Shown in pieces: positions 45,627 to 56,290 of a stretch of DNA of 64,000 nucleotides. A model generated the notes under the pieces. It worked only from the letters and a program-made list of their open reading frames with translations, was not told the origin of the DNA and ran no database searches. This DNA is from Cyanophora paradoxa CCMP329 (lineage: Eukaryota > Plantae > Glaucophyta), in NCBI GenBank assembly GCA_004431415.1, contig QPMI01000568.1:1-64000 (forward strand). The letters are read 5' to 3'. How positions within the stretch are numbered: the first letter of the stretch is position 1; each line of letters starts with the position of its first letter. The position numbers and the translations under genes were made by a program.

Positions 45627-46996
45627 ATGGATATCACTTCCACTCTTCAAAGACTTTCGCTGAAAGAAGCCCTAACAACCCCAGAGGAGGCGAAAGCCTT
45701 TTTCCTGGATAACTCCCTTATGCTTGGTCTCGAATCCAAGTCTAAGCCAGTTCTAGTTGTTGTGAATCCCAGCAATACTTTTGAGAATAATGTTGGAAAT
45801 CGCATTTCCTTCAAGCTACCTCGCTACAATTTCTGTGGAAAACTCGAACTTGCTTTCGACCTTCCAGCCATCACTTTTGCTGGTGATACTGACCTAGTTC
45901 GCAATGGATACACTCGCCCAGTTGGTGCTTTAGTTCAGCGACTTGAAATTACCTATGGATCTTACACCTACCATATTCCATCTGATTTCCTTGCTCATTT
46001 CCCCTGGTCTATTATTCGGAGGATCAACTAGCTAAAAAGAAGCGATCAATGGGCATGGTTCATGGCATTCCTGCTCATGGAACCAACCGCCTTGGTGGCT
46101 CATTTTTCGTTGAAATTCCTGTGCCTTGGCTAAATCACTACCTTCCCCTTGGTGCTTTATCTGGTGAAATGGTTGTTACTGTTTGGTTTAAGGATGCTGG
46201 AAAGGGTTATGTTGAAACTTCCTATGGTGGTCGTGGTCTTACTGTTGCAGCAGCTGATGTAGATTATTCAAAAGATGATGGTCTTGGAACTGCCCCTGCT
46301 GAAACTGTTCTGGCAAATGTTGGTCAAAACATCACAGACTTTACTCTTGGTGCAACAACCCCTGTCATTTCTATTACTTCTCCTCGCCTTTACATGCATG
46401 CTATTAATGTTTCTGATGAGCTTTTCGCTACTGTAATTGAAAAAGTAAAGACTACTGGCATGGCTATTCCCTCCCTTGATATTGGATTTGTAGATGCTAG
46501 TGCTTTCCCTGCCAAGGGCAATGCCCAACCCAATCGAATTAACCTCTCTCAAATCTCAGGTCTTGTATATGCTCTGCTTGTTTCAGTTCGTGATCATGAA
46601 ACTGTTGACAAATCCAATGGCTCCCACAGTGTTCTTAAGACCTATGCCAACTCCAAAGATATTACTTTCACTGTTGAAATTAATGGACAGCGACTTTATG
46701 CCACTGAGCCAATTTCCCTACTCAAAGGTGCTGAGCTAATTGCTGATGCCTTCAAATGCTCTAACATGGATAAGGTTGCTGATCGCTATGTCCTTTCAGG
46801 TTTAAGTTTCTGCATTGATGGAGAGAAGGCAATTCGAAATATTGCCCAGTCTGGTTATGTTGATTTAACAAATTCCTCCTCTTCATTCCTCACCCTGTAC
46901 ATGCCTTCAGATAAGGTAATCGATGTTAATGTTCGCGCTCTCATGCATTCCTATATAATTTTGGACAAAGATGGTTTACGCAGAATTAATTTATAG
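45627..46996 (+). CDS. Major capsid protein, double jelly-roll (frameshift near 46005)
   Basis: ~455 aa when joined; beta-rich, G.RISFKLPR...LELAFDLPAI, V.R.EI, EIPVPW...LPLGAL; lies between pentons and the packaging ATPase. Confidence 0.75.
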
Positions 46997-47068
46997 ATTG
47001 TTACGATATATCGTAAGGCATTTAAGGAAAAAGTGATTATTTATTTTTGAAAACATTTAAAAAGTCAA

Positions 47069-48001
47069 ATGTCGCATACTCGTGAAACTTTCATAGCCAA
47101 GGCTATTCAGGTCCATGGTGAAAAGTATGATTATTCGAAAGTTGAATTTCATGGGGTAATGAAGAAAATTACTATAGTCTGCAGAATTTGCAACACTGAG
47201 TTTATTCAAGCTGCCCATAGTCACATAAACTCTAAATGTGGCTGTCCAGCTTGTGGGAATATCAAAAAAGGAAAATCGCATAGGTTGACTCAAGATGAGT
47301 TTGTTGAAAGGGCCAAGCAGAAACATAAAGATCTGTACGATTATTCGGAGTCTGTTTATATAAGGACAGATGACCCTATAACAATTTTCTGCAAGAAATG
47401 TCAGGAATATTTCACTCAAAAGCCACACAAACACATGCAAGGAGATGGGCATGCAAAATGTAAAATGGATCGCATCAAAGATAAGTTGCAAATGGGGATT
47501 GAGAAGTTTACAGAGAGGGCATTAAAACTCTACGGGGATAAATATGACTTATCTAAAGCTGAGTATGTTAATGCAAGAACAAAAGTTACCATTATCTGTA
47601 AGAGTTGTGATCTTGAATTCAAAAAGACACCAAGTGATTTTCTCAATGGGTATGGCTGTCTGTCATGTAGATCGTCTATTGGTGAGACGAAAGTTCAAGC
47701 AGCCCTAAAAGAAATTGGTTTAGACTTCTCAATATCCCACAGATTTCCTGATTGCAAGCATAAAAGAGTTCTCCCATTCGATATTTATATTCCATCTCTC
47801 AAAATTGCAATTGAATATGATGGTATACAACATTTCAAACCTGTGGAACAGTTTGGAGGTCAGAAGGCCTTTGAAGATACCCAAATTCGTGATGGAATTA
47901 AAAATCGGTACTGTGAAGCTAATAATATCAAACTCCTAAGAATCCCATACACCGAAACTGATATTGAGGGCTGCATTAAAAGATTCCTTTCTAACCTGTA
48001 A
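47069..48001 (+). CDS. Homing-type endonuclease: three zinc-ribbon repeats + PD-(D/E)xK (Vsr/DUF559-like) domain
   Basis: Repeated KYDYS..CxxC..GCxxC; LPFDIYIPSLKIAIEYDGIQHF...RDGIKN.YC...IKLLRIPY. Confidence 0.8.
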   Translation: MSHTRETFIAKAIQVHGEKYDYSKVEFHGVMKKITIVCRICNTEFIQAAHSHINSKCGCPACGNIKKGKSHRLTQDEFVERAKQKHKDLYDYSESVYIRTDDPITIFCKKCQEYFTQKPHKHMQGDGHAKCKMDRIKDKLQMGIEKFTERALKLYGDKYDLSKAEYVNARTKVTIICKSCDLEFKKTPSDFLNGYGCLSCRSSIGETKVQAALKEIGLDFSISHRFPDCKHKRVLPFDIYIPSLKIAIEYDGIQHFKPVEQFGGQKAFEDTQIRDGIKNRYCEANNIKLLRIPYTETDIEGCIKRFLSNL

Positions 48002-48057
48002 ACCATATTCAGTCACCTTGCATTATTTTTATCTGTTTCTTTATAGAAAGATACACA

Positions 48058-48852
48058 ATGCCAATACCAAGTTCTGATCTGGAGGAATTCAATGCTGGAG
48101 AAATGATAGAACCCCCTTTCCGACTACTCATACTAGGTAAAAGTGGATGCGGAAAAACAGAAGCTGTAAAGTATTATTTGAAACAGCTGCATGATGCGAA
48201 AAAAATTGATACAACCCTTATTATATCCGCTACGTCATTCTCACATTTTTGGGACAAAGCTGCTACAGTGCAACTGGGTGCATGGGACCCCCAATACATG
48301 TCGAAAATTATAAAAGAAAGAGAGGCAAAAAGGGAGAAAGGAGAAGAACTTAACCATATGCTGGTGATTTTAGAAGATATGATAGAAAATGACCAGCTGG
48401 ATCTCAGTCGAGATAAAACAGTGGGAATGCTTTATGTTCGTGGCAGACATGTCAATATATCAATTATAACTATTTCTCAGAAATTGCGGAAGGTTGCAAG
48501 TGTAATTCGCTGCAATAGTGATATAGTAATTATGGTTTGTGCAAGCAATCAAAAAGAGCTGGAAGCATTTGCAGAGGAGTTTTCTACTTTTCCCCGCAAA
48601 GAAGATTTCTATAAACTTTTTGAGGAGTATGTGCATTCGTATCAATTCATTGTTTATACTTCTTTCAAGTATAATGTGGGCTACTATGTTGATAAAGCCG
48701 ATTTAGTTGGAGATTTTGATTTTCCTCGCTTCCACAGGAAGCCCAAAAAGAAAGAAGATGAACTGAAACCACCAGAGAAAGAGGAAGCCCCTAAAGAAGT
48801 GAAAAGCCAAGTCCATAGCAATAAATTGATGCGATATAAACGCGGTTTATAA
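48058..48852 (+). CDS. A32-like FtsK/HerA genome packaging ATPase
   Basis: PFRLLILGKSGCGKT (Walker A), LVILED (Walker B), RGRHVNISIITISQ, IRCN. Confidence 0.9.
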   Translation: MPIPSSDLEEFNAGEMIEPPFRLLILGKSGCGKTEAVKYYLKQLHDAKKIDTTLIISATSFSHFWDKAATVQLGAWDPQYMSKIIKEREAKREKGEELNHMLVILEDMIENDQLDLSRDKTVGMLYVRGRHVNISIITISQKLRKVASVIRCNSDIVIMVCASNQKELEAFAEEFSTFPRKEDFYKLFEEYVHSYQFIVYTSFKYNVGYYVDKADLVGDFDFPRFHRKPKKKEDELKPPEKEEAPKEVKSQVHSNKLMRYKRGL

Positions 48853-48880
48853 AATTATCTCTCATTCTAATAAAGATACA

Positions 48881-49615
48881 ATGCCTCCCAAACGAAAGAT
48901 AGGGATCCCAGCTGGGGCTGTTGGCTATTCAGGTGGTGGAAACAATGGATCCATTAACACAGACCCACTGAAATTCAATGGTATGAATGAAGTGAAGCCC
49001 TCTCAACAACAAGAAGACCCCCTCAATGCTGCCTATGAGGAATCATTTGATGACAAAGCCCCACAGGCTTCAACCAGTGACCAACTCAACATTTCACCTG
49101 AAGCCTCAAAGATGAAGGCTGTAGCTGAGGGAGCCAGGCGAATTATTGGTGCTGCTGATGATAAAGGTTTAGGCTTGCAAGATCTATCACTGGCTCGCAA
49201 AGGTGAGGGTCTCAGTAAAGAATCAGACAAGGTAATCCAGTCTATGGCTGGTGAAGTCACATACAAGACTGCTCCCACTCAAAATATTCATCGAATTCCC
49301 AAGGCTCAATGGGATGAGATGACTGCTAAACTCAAAGATCTGGAAGCCAAATCCAGTGCCTTAGAGCAGTATGTTACTGAGAAGAAAGAGAGAGCCAAGC
49401 TCAAGGAGATGCTTCGAAAGGAAGTTTATAAAATGGGCATTACTGGTGTCCCAGATAAACAGTTTATTGCTAAGAAAGAGAACCAAATCGATGAGCAAGC
49501 AGTAGATGAAATGAAAACAAAGACCCAAAAGGGAACCATTGAACCTGGTGCCACTAAAGCTGAAGTAGAAAAGGGAGTAGCTCCCACAGTATATAAAAGA
49601 CGAGTTTGGCTTTAA
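48881..49615 (+). CDS. Hypothetical charged protein (possible core protein)
   Basis: Clean 244-aa ORF in the viral gene run. Confidence 0.6.
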   Translation: MPPKRKIGIPAGAVGYSGGGNNGSINTDPLKFNGMNEVKPSQQQEDPLNAAYEESFDDKAPQASTSDQLNISPEASKMKAVAEGARRIIGAADDKGLGLQDLSLARKGEGLSKESDKVIQSMAGEVTYKTAPTQNIHRIPKAQWDEMTAKLKDLEAKSSALEQYVTEKKERAKLKEMLRKEVYKMGITGVPDKQFIAKKENQIDEQAVDEMKTKTQKGTIEPGATKAEVEKGVAPTVYKRRVWL

Positions 49616-49637
49616 TTTTCTCTGTTTTATTAGAGAC

Positions 49638-49910
49638 ATGGATATAATACGAAAGTTTATTGAGATGCTCAGTCTGCATGTGGTGAGCAATTGCCACAGT
49701 GGATGCTGTGACACAACAATAGAGTTTGAGATGTCAGATACTGAGGATAATGCCTCAGAAGCAAGAGAGAGAAGGAGATCAACAGTTTCTGTGGAGTCAA
49801 TGCCAGCAGACCCCACAGAGTATACATATGAGCAACAGGAGTATCCAAGGAGAAGTTCTCTGCCAGCAGAAAACGTTTTCTCTGGGAATATAAATGGAGG
49901 ACACTATTAG
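49638..49910 (+). CDS. Hypothetical protein
   Basis: 90-aa ORF with SNCHSGCC, tightly packed with its neighbours. Confidence 0.5.
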   Translation: MDIIRKFIEMLSLHVVSNCHSGCCDTTIEFEMSDTEDNASEARERRRSTVSVESMPADPTEYTYEQQEYPRRSSLPAENVFSGNINGGHY

Positions 49911-50103
49911 TTTAATCGAGTTTACCAGTGATGAACCTGTTACTGAGGGTTCTATTAGACACATTCTAGCAATGCAGAAACGATATAGAGAGGACCCAGC
50001 ATATAGAGAGTATAAAAAGCAGCAAGCCCTGGCATCCTATTATCGCAGGAAAGCTGAGCAAGGTTTATTAGGCAAAGGTCCAGGAAGACCAAGGAAGTAT
50101 TAG
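49894..50103 (+). CDS. Small basic protein with C-terminal AT-hook
   Basis: YREDPAYRE...LASYYRRK...GPGRPRKY. Confidence 0.65.
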   Translation: MEDTISLIEFTSDEPVTEGSIRHILAMQKRYREDPAYREYKKQQALASYYRRKAEQGLLGKGPGRPRKY

Positions 50104-50187
50104 ATCTCGCTGCATCACAAAAAATGATTTAAGGATAACCCCCTAATTTAATTAGAGAAAAAACTTTTCTTGGCTATTAATAGGAAG

Positions 50188-50580
50188 ATGGCAGATATCG
50201 AAACTACCCCTGCAATCGCAGAAGTGCCTAAAAAGAGAACTCCATACAAGCTGTCCCCAGAGCAGAAAAAAGCGCGGAACGAAAAGTACAGGGAAAGGTA
50301 TCACAGTGATCCCGAATTCCGAGCCAAACAGCTGGCAGTCCGCAAGGCTAGGTATGAGAAAACAAAGGAGCAATGCCTCGAAAGGCAATGCTATAAAAAA
50401 CAGGAGAAATACCAGAATGATGCCGAGTTCAGAGAAAAGAAGAAGGCATCATCGCTTGCATACTATCATAGGAAATACGCCGAAAAACTCGCTGCTATTG
50501 CTGAGGAACAAAAGGCAGAGACATCCCAAAATCCCCCTAAACCCGGTAGACCCCGCAAGTATAACAAGGAGACACAATGA
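50188..50580 (+). CDS. Basic protein with C-terminal AT-hook (paralogue)
   Basis: Y..DPEFR repeats, LAYYHRK, PKPGRPRKY. Confidence 0.7.
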   Translation: MADIETTPAIAEVPKKRTPYKLSPEQKKARNEKYRERYHSDPEFRAKQLAVRKARYEKTKEQCLERQCYKKQEKYQNDAEFREKKKASSLAYYHRKYAEKLAAIAEEQKAETSQNPPKPGRPRKYNKETQ

Positions 50581-50761
50581 ATGCTGAGGTTTGCAGCTCT
50601 GTATATATTATTTTTATGCATGCTTTTCTATCGAAAAAGAAAAAATGATTTTATCGCTGTGGTCAACAAAAAATGACTTAAGGAAAATCTATTTATATAA
50701 CTTAGAGAAAAAAGAGTTTTTTTCTTCTTGCGGCATTTATTTTCTTGGCTTAAAGTAAACA

Positions 50762-53700
50762 ATGCCTCGCGCAAGTTACAAGAGAAGAAAAGGCTTGAAA
50801 GCAAAAGCGATTGAATTGATTAACCTTGGTATCCAGCGGAACCTGTTCACCAAGAGAACCGCTGATGCATTATTGCGCAAATTCTCGGGAACATCCAAGG
50901 TTCCCGAAACCATGCTGGAGCTGTATTTGAAAAACATCCAGTCAATATTCGATATCGAACGGCCTGCAAGGGGATATACCCTGCAATCGCTGCTTGGGGT
51001 TCGCCAGGCTTTATTTGATCGAGAGGTCGGTCGCATCGGAGCCATTGAGGCTGAACCTACGAGACCCCGAGAGAACAGGCAGCTAACTCAATTTTTCCGG
51101 CAGATTGCCCAGTTTCCCGACGACGCTATTGTCCGGGTCACTTTCAGACTCTGGGCTGAGATTAATGCTGAACCCACTGGTCGTGCAAGGGATCAGCCAC
51201 TCCGCTTCGAAGGTCGCATGTACCGACCCCTGAAAAGGGCTTCAATCACAATTCCAGTAAGGATGCTGCGACAAATAGCCCAAGATGGTTTCGTTACGAG
51301 GTTTGTGCTAAACCAGAGACACTATATGGTCGCTGATTTCCTGTATGTTGTTGAGACCGTATTTAGGGCTGATCGACTTGCAAGCGAAATTCAGCATTGG
51401 TACGATTATTTTGCGGAAATTCACGAAATCGTTCTGGTGGAGGCTCAGGCTGAGGAGGAAGCCCAGGAAGCCGTTCAAGAAGAATTTCTCGATGAGGAAC
51501 TCGAAGAATCGATGCGATGTACCGCAGCTGTGAGCCAGTACATTAATTACGATCTCAATCCCGAGGCGAAATCGATCGAGGAATTAATCATCAAGCCTGC
51601 TTCCGGAAAATCGAATGCCTGTGTCTACGATATGCTGATCTCATTGTACTCTCGTTCAATGGAAGCTTGTCACAGAAACAGGAAGTACAAGGACATTGAG
51701 ATGACCTACGAGGGTCTGTATCGATTTTTCCACGGAAAGGAATATACTGAGGGAGCCTCTATGTCCCTCACTCTGAGGCAGCTCCGAAAATTCGCGGATC
51801 GTTGCAGGCTGGGATTCCGTGTTTACTCGGAGGATAACAAGCTCAAGTACAGATACCCACAGGGAGAGATGCCCGTGAATAAGGATCTGCATCCGCAATG
51901 CATGAATTTCATGGTACACAATAACCACGTTTACTGCTACAACGATAACATCAAAGCCCTCGAGAAGAATTTCAAGAAAATGGACCTGGAAACCGAAAAC
52001 CCTTCCGAAGCTTCGCTGAACTCATCCTACCAAATCACCGAGACCAAGCAATACGATATGTTCGCCCACACACCTGCCGATCTGCTTAAGATTGCGACCA
52101 TGGGATTGAAAGCTGATAAGGAGAAAGCTACAGTCCGAATCGTCTACACTGGGTCCATGGATGAGCTTCTGTTCACTTTCTTGGATCGCCTACAATACGA
52201 ACCAAAGCTCGGAATGAAAGGGGGACAGATTAAAACTCTAATATTCAAAGCGAGTGGAATATTCTTTTCCGTATTTAATCCCTCCGTTTCTGATCACATG
52301 GTTCAGTGTGAGTTTGAGACTGAGGCTTACTACAAAAAGGTCCAATCTATTCGTCAAGAATTCAAGGAAGCCCTGATTAACACCGACACAATTTCACAGT
52401 ACGAGGAGGGCTTCCGAACAGCCCTTATTAATTACAATCGCTCTGCTCTGAATGGCTATTTCATTAAGCCGAAGCCAGGAACTAAATACACTGCAGTGGA
52501 TATGTGCAAATGCTACCCAGCTGTTATTAGCAAGATCGAGAAGCTTCCAGTATTCAATATTTTCGATGGCATCCGCCCCTATGATGGTCACCCAATTGAG
52601 GAGGATACCTTCTATGTGATTGATGTGCAGCAGTTCGATACTGGAACCTACATGCAAGGAGTGGATACATACGAAGAGGATATTGATGATGAGCCAGTTG
52701 GATACAAATCCCGCATCTGCGATCCAGGAATTCAGATCCTGCTCGATCGTTACAAGGCTGCATCATACTCGAACTTGATCACAGGGTACACTCTGAAACG
52801 TCACTGGGAGGACATCAAGGATCTCGTGACTATTACAGGCTACAACCGCCCATCATTTTTCGTAAGCAACCCCTCAAAAAGGCTGATCCAGAAAATAATG
52901 TCAAGCGACCTGAATCCTCGCGAGAAAAAGGCTACTCTCGTAGAAGTGATTGGTCTGCTAGGAAAGCGACTCGATAAGCGATCCAAGACCAGGTTGTTCT
53001 GCAAAAAGTCCGAGGCTGATATCTATGCCCAGCAGGTGGGCGGAATGGTGGAAGTATTCACCTTTTGTGCGAAAACTGATACTCTGGTCAAGAACCTTTC
53101 GGATTTCGATGGCCACATCTATTATGTGAGAACTGATTCTCAAAAGGATCTCATTAACGGGTTCCTTCCGATCCAGTTCGCAATGTACGATCGAGTTCGC
53201 AGCGAAATGTATGACAAGTACAAGGAACTCAAAAGCAAGGGTTACGAGGTCGTGGGAATCCACACTGATTGCCTGTATATCAAAGGAAGGTATAGCTCAA
53301 AGCCCTTTGATCGTAACTCATTTGCCAACATTGGTCGCTTCTCCTATATTCCGAACAAGAAGCCCCCAATGAACCCCATTCGCATTCGGACCCTCCCGAA
53401 GCCTATTAAAATTGAGGATCCCCTTTTGAATATCAATTCCTTCTGCCTTCGAAACGAATTTGATTCGGACGCTTATACCAAGGTTTACAATGAGTTCAAT
53501 CATGTCAATACCCTTGGAATGCTTCCAGGAGCCGGAAAGTCGACCGGATTGATGGTCTACCTGCTAAAAAATGACATCAACGGACTCATAGTTTGCCCCT
53601 ACAACAAACAAGCGGCCGAGTTCCGATGCTCTCTGAAAGAAATGGGCATCAGATTGGGGAAGCCCGAAGCTGCAAGCCGCATTGAGGTGGCCACCCTGTA

Positions 53701-54904
53701 CAGTGTTCTGGGTCTGCGAGTCTCAAATGAGCAAACCTGTGAAGAGGCCCTATCGGCTTCACAGGTCAATGAGTTTATGGAAGGCTTTTCCCATGTAGTA
53801 TTCGATGAGGTCTATGCCTATAAAGTAAAGGACCTTGCAAAGATCAAAAAATTCATAAACAAGTATTCGGATAAGAAATTCTACTGCAATGGAGACCCCC
53901 ACCAAAACGCTCCCATAAATGATGCTCTTGCTGTGGCTGACCCCAAACAATATTACAGCGATGCTATCTCAAGCATCTTCCCCAACACACTGCAGCTGAT
54001 GATCAACAAGAGGCATCGCAAGCCTGAGGATCGAGAGAAGCTGAAAGCAATCAAGGTCGATCTCTTTGAGAACGGACTTGCTCCTACAGAAATAGTAAAT
54101 AAATACGGATTCAGAACTGCAACTGATCTAAACGAAATTCCTGATTCCTACAGGGCTGTATGCTATAGAAACGAGATGGCTTACCTGTACAACCGAACCA
54201 TGCATAAACGTATATACCCCGAAACCGAGGGGATCCTTGTGAACGGAATCAATTTTTTCAAAGGAATCGAAATCGTTTGTCGTGAATATATCTGTGTGAC
54301 CCGAGGTAAAAAAGATGAGAAAGTAGCGGCTTTCACTAATTACAGTTATACCATAGTCGATATCAATCGGAACCAGGTCACTTTGGAGGATGTGTTTGAT
54401 GGGACCCAGTTCTCTCTCCCCACTGCTCTGTTGGAAAAGTTCAACCTACCCTATGCTGGAACATGCCACAGTGTTCAAGGACTCACCTACGATTCGGGCA
54501 TTGTCGTCTGTGAGGCCTCGTTCTGCCATGTTACTCCTGAGTGGTTCTGGACTGCTCTGACTCGCAACCGAGATTTGAGCGAGATTCTCATTTATACCAA
54601 GCTCCACAAGTTCGAGGCTAAATCCGAGATCTTCGAGCATCTGAAGGCCAAGGTTCGGGCATACAAGTGCCAGGATCAGAAAGCGGGCCGAGATTATAAC
54701 GATGATGATTATATTACACCCGAGTGGATCATTGAGCAGCTCAAGGAGCAGAAGCGAATCTGCTCTCTGTGTACCGAACCCCTTTCCCTCCAGGCAAAGG
54801 ATCTAAGGTACAGGCTTACTGTCGATAGGATTAATAATAAAGAGGCTCACATCAAGTCGAACTGCAAGCTGGCTCATCAAGGATGCAACAGCAGCAAAAA
54901 ATAG
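50762..54904 (+). CDS. Divergent family B DNA polymerase fused to an SF1 helicase and a C-terminal HNH/EndoVII-like domain
   Basis: PolB motifs AVDMCKCYP, KATLVEVIGLLGK, GIHTDCLY; SF1 motifs PGAGKST, FDEVY, GDPHQN, TCHSVQGLT, WTALTR; CxxC...TVDRINNKEAHIKSNC...CN. Confidence 0.85.
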   Translation: MPRASYKRRKGLKAKAIELINLGIQRNLFTKRTADALLRKFSGTSKVPETMLELYLKNIQSIFDIERPARGYTLQSLLGVRQALFDREVGRIGAIEAEPTRPRENRQLTQFFRQIAQFPDDAIVRVTFRLWAEINAEPTGRARDQPLRFEGRMYRPLKRASITIPVRMLRQIAQDGFVTRFVLNQRHYMVADFLYVVETVFRADRLASEIQHWYDYFAEIHEIVLVEAQAEEEAQEAVQEEFLDEELEESMRCTAAVSQYINYDLNPEAKSIEELIIKPASGKSNACVYDMLISLYSRSMEACHRNRKYKDIEMTYEGLYRFFHGKEYTEGASMSLTLRQLRKFADRCRLGFRVYSEDNKLKYRYPQGEMPVNKDLHPQCMNFMVHNNHVYCYNDNIKALEKNFKKMDLETENPSEASLNSSYQITETKQYDMFAHTPADLLKIATMGLKADKEKATVRIVYTGSMDELLFTFLDRLQYEPKLGMKGGQIKTLIFKASGIFFSVFNPSVSDHMVQCEFETEAYYKKVQSIRQEFKEALINTDTISQYEEGFRTALINYNRSALNGYFIKPKPGTKYTAVDMCKCYPAVISKIEKLPVFNIFDGIRPYDGHPIEEDTFYVIDVQQFDTGTYMQGVDTYEEDIDDEPVGYKSRICDPGIQILLDRYKAASYSNLITGYTLKRHWEDIKDLVTITGYNRPSFFVSNPSKRLIQKIMSSDLNPREKKATLVEVIGLLGKRLDKRSKTRLFCKKSEADIYAQQVGGMVEVFTFCAKTDTLVKNLSDFDGHIYYVRTDSQKDLINGFLPIQFAMYDRVRSEMYDKYKELKSKGYEVVGIHTDCLYIKGRYSSKPFDRNSFANIGRFSYIPNKKPPMNPIRIRTLPKPIKIEDPLLNINSFCLRNEFDSDAYTKVYNEFNHVNTLGMLPGAGKSTGLMVYLLKNDINGLIVCPYNKQAAEFRCSLKEMGIRLGKPEAASRIEVATLYSVLGLRVSNEQTCEEALSASQVNEFMEGFSHVVFDEVYAYKVKDLAKIKKFINKYSDKKFYCNGDPHQNAPINDALAVADPKQYYSDAISSIFPNTLQLMINKRHRKPEDREKLKAIKVDLFENGLAPTEIVNKYGFRTATDLNEIPDSYRAVCYRNEMAYLYNRTMHKRIYPETEGILVNGINFFKGIEIVCREYICVTRGKKDEKVAAFTNYSYTIVDINRNQVTLEDVFDGTQFSLPTALLEKFNLPYAGTCHSVQGLTYDSGIVVCEASFCHVTPEWFWTALTRNRDLSEILIYTKLHKFEAKSEIFEHLKAKVRAYKCQDQKAGRDYNDDDYITPEWIIEQLKEQKRICSLCTEPLSLQAKDLRYRLTVDRINNKEAHIKSNCKLAHQGCNSSKK

Positions 54905-54922
54905 AATTTGTATAGTTATAGG

Positions 54923-56290
54923 ATGGCATCGAAAATAGTGAGGCGAGGGGCTGGGGATGAGACCGAAACGACCCTGCTCCCCATTCCGATCCCAGATACA
55001 GAGAGAGTAGAAGGCAGAATTAGTAAAAGAGAAGCAAAGGTAAATGTAGTAGGGGATGTCCCTTTTAAAACCGTGAGTCCGGCTTCGAATAAAATAGTTA
55101 GGCGAATGTACGATCCTAAAACAGGTTACAAGCATCCCCATACGATCTATCAGGAGCTGAAGAAAGAGGATCCGAGTGTTACTTATAACGAGGTCAAAGA
55201 GGTGGCAGAAAAGCAAGAGTTTATGCAGATTAACAAGAAGCCACCCCCTGCATCGCAGTCCACATTCATTCCAATCACAGCTCCACCCTGGACCTACCAG
55301 GCCGATCTGATATTCTATTTATCTTACGGAAAGTACAATGCGGGGTACATTGCGGTACTCACTCTTATTGAGATCACGAGCAGGAGGGCTTACGCTAAGA
55401 AATTAAAGAATAAAGAGGGAGTCAGTGTTGCGACTGCATTTAGAGAGGTATTGGGTGAGCTTCCCGCTCCAATGAGGGTGTTAGAGACTGATTTGGGTTC
55501 CGAGTTTAAAGCGAAAGAGTTCCAGGCAGTGATCCAGGAGTTTGGAATCGAGCATAGGTTTAAACAGGCTGGGGATCACACGAGTTTAGGCATCATGAAT
55601 CGATTCCATTTCACCCTCAAAACGATGATCAATAACTACTGCATCGCTTTCAACACAGTCAAGTTTATGGATAAGCTAGAGGACTTTGTTCTGAATTATA
55701 ATTCCAGTGTTAATAGGACTATAGGTATGCGACCAATAGATGTTAGGTTAGAGGATATGGCTCGCATTCGCAGTTTCATTTTATCGAAAAAGAAAGCAAT
55801 TGTTGATGATATCTTCGAGAAATTCAAGCCCGGCCTGTTCGTTCGAGTCTTGCTGCCTAGGTCTAAGTTTGACAAGGGGGCCACTCAGAGATACAGTCGA
55901 GAGGTCTACAAGATTGCAGGAAGGGCCGGGAATGGAATCCAGGTCGTAGATGCCCAGGGTGTACCTTTGAATCGAATCTTCAAGCCTCATGAGCTGCAGA
56001 TCATATCGGAAGTTGAAGCAATCGTTGAGCCTTCCGCAAGTACAGTGGATACAGTGAGGCAGGAGGCCGCAGCAATTAGACAGATCCACAGAGAGGGCAT
56101 AGATCCGGCCGAATCAGTCCCAAAGGGCAGCTTGATCGAGGATAGGGTCCAGAGAACAAAGAGGGTTTCAAGGGAGCTAGCGAATCTAAGAGTAGCCGGA
56201 ACCGAGAAATTAGCCGGTGGGGCAGAGGCTGTAGCATCCTATGATAAGGCTCCAGCTATAAGGGCTAGTACTAGGATCCGAACCAGGTAA
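54923..56290 (+). CDS. rve (retroviral-like) integrase
   Basis: YQADL, LETDLGSEF, GIMNRFHFTLK, YNSSVNRTIGMRP, F.PG.FVR...FDKG...YS.EVYKI. Confidence 0.9.
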   Translation: MASKIVRRGAGDETETTLLPIPIPDTERVEGRISKREAKVNVVGDVPFKTVSPASNKIVRRMYDPKTGYKHPHTIYQELKKEDPSVTYNEVKEVAEKQEFMQINKKPPPASQSTFIPITAPPWTYQADLIFYLSYGKYNAGYIAVLTLIEITSRRAYAKKLKNKEGVSVATAFREVLGELPAPMRVLETDLGSEFKAKEFQAVIQEFGIEHRFKQAGDHTSLGIMNRFHFTLKTMINNYCIAFNTVKFMDKLEDFVLNYNSSVNRTIGMRPIDVRLEDMARIRSFILSKKKAIVDDIFEKFKPGLFVRVLLPRSKFDKGATQRYSREVYKIAGRAGNGIQVVDAQGVPLNRIFKPHELQIISEVEAIVEPSASTVDTVRQEAAAIRQIHREGIDPAESVPKGSLIEDRVQRTKRVSRELANLRVAGTEKLAGGAEAVASYDKAPAIRASTRIRTR

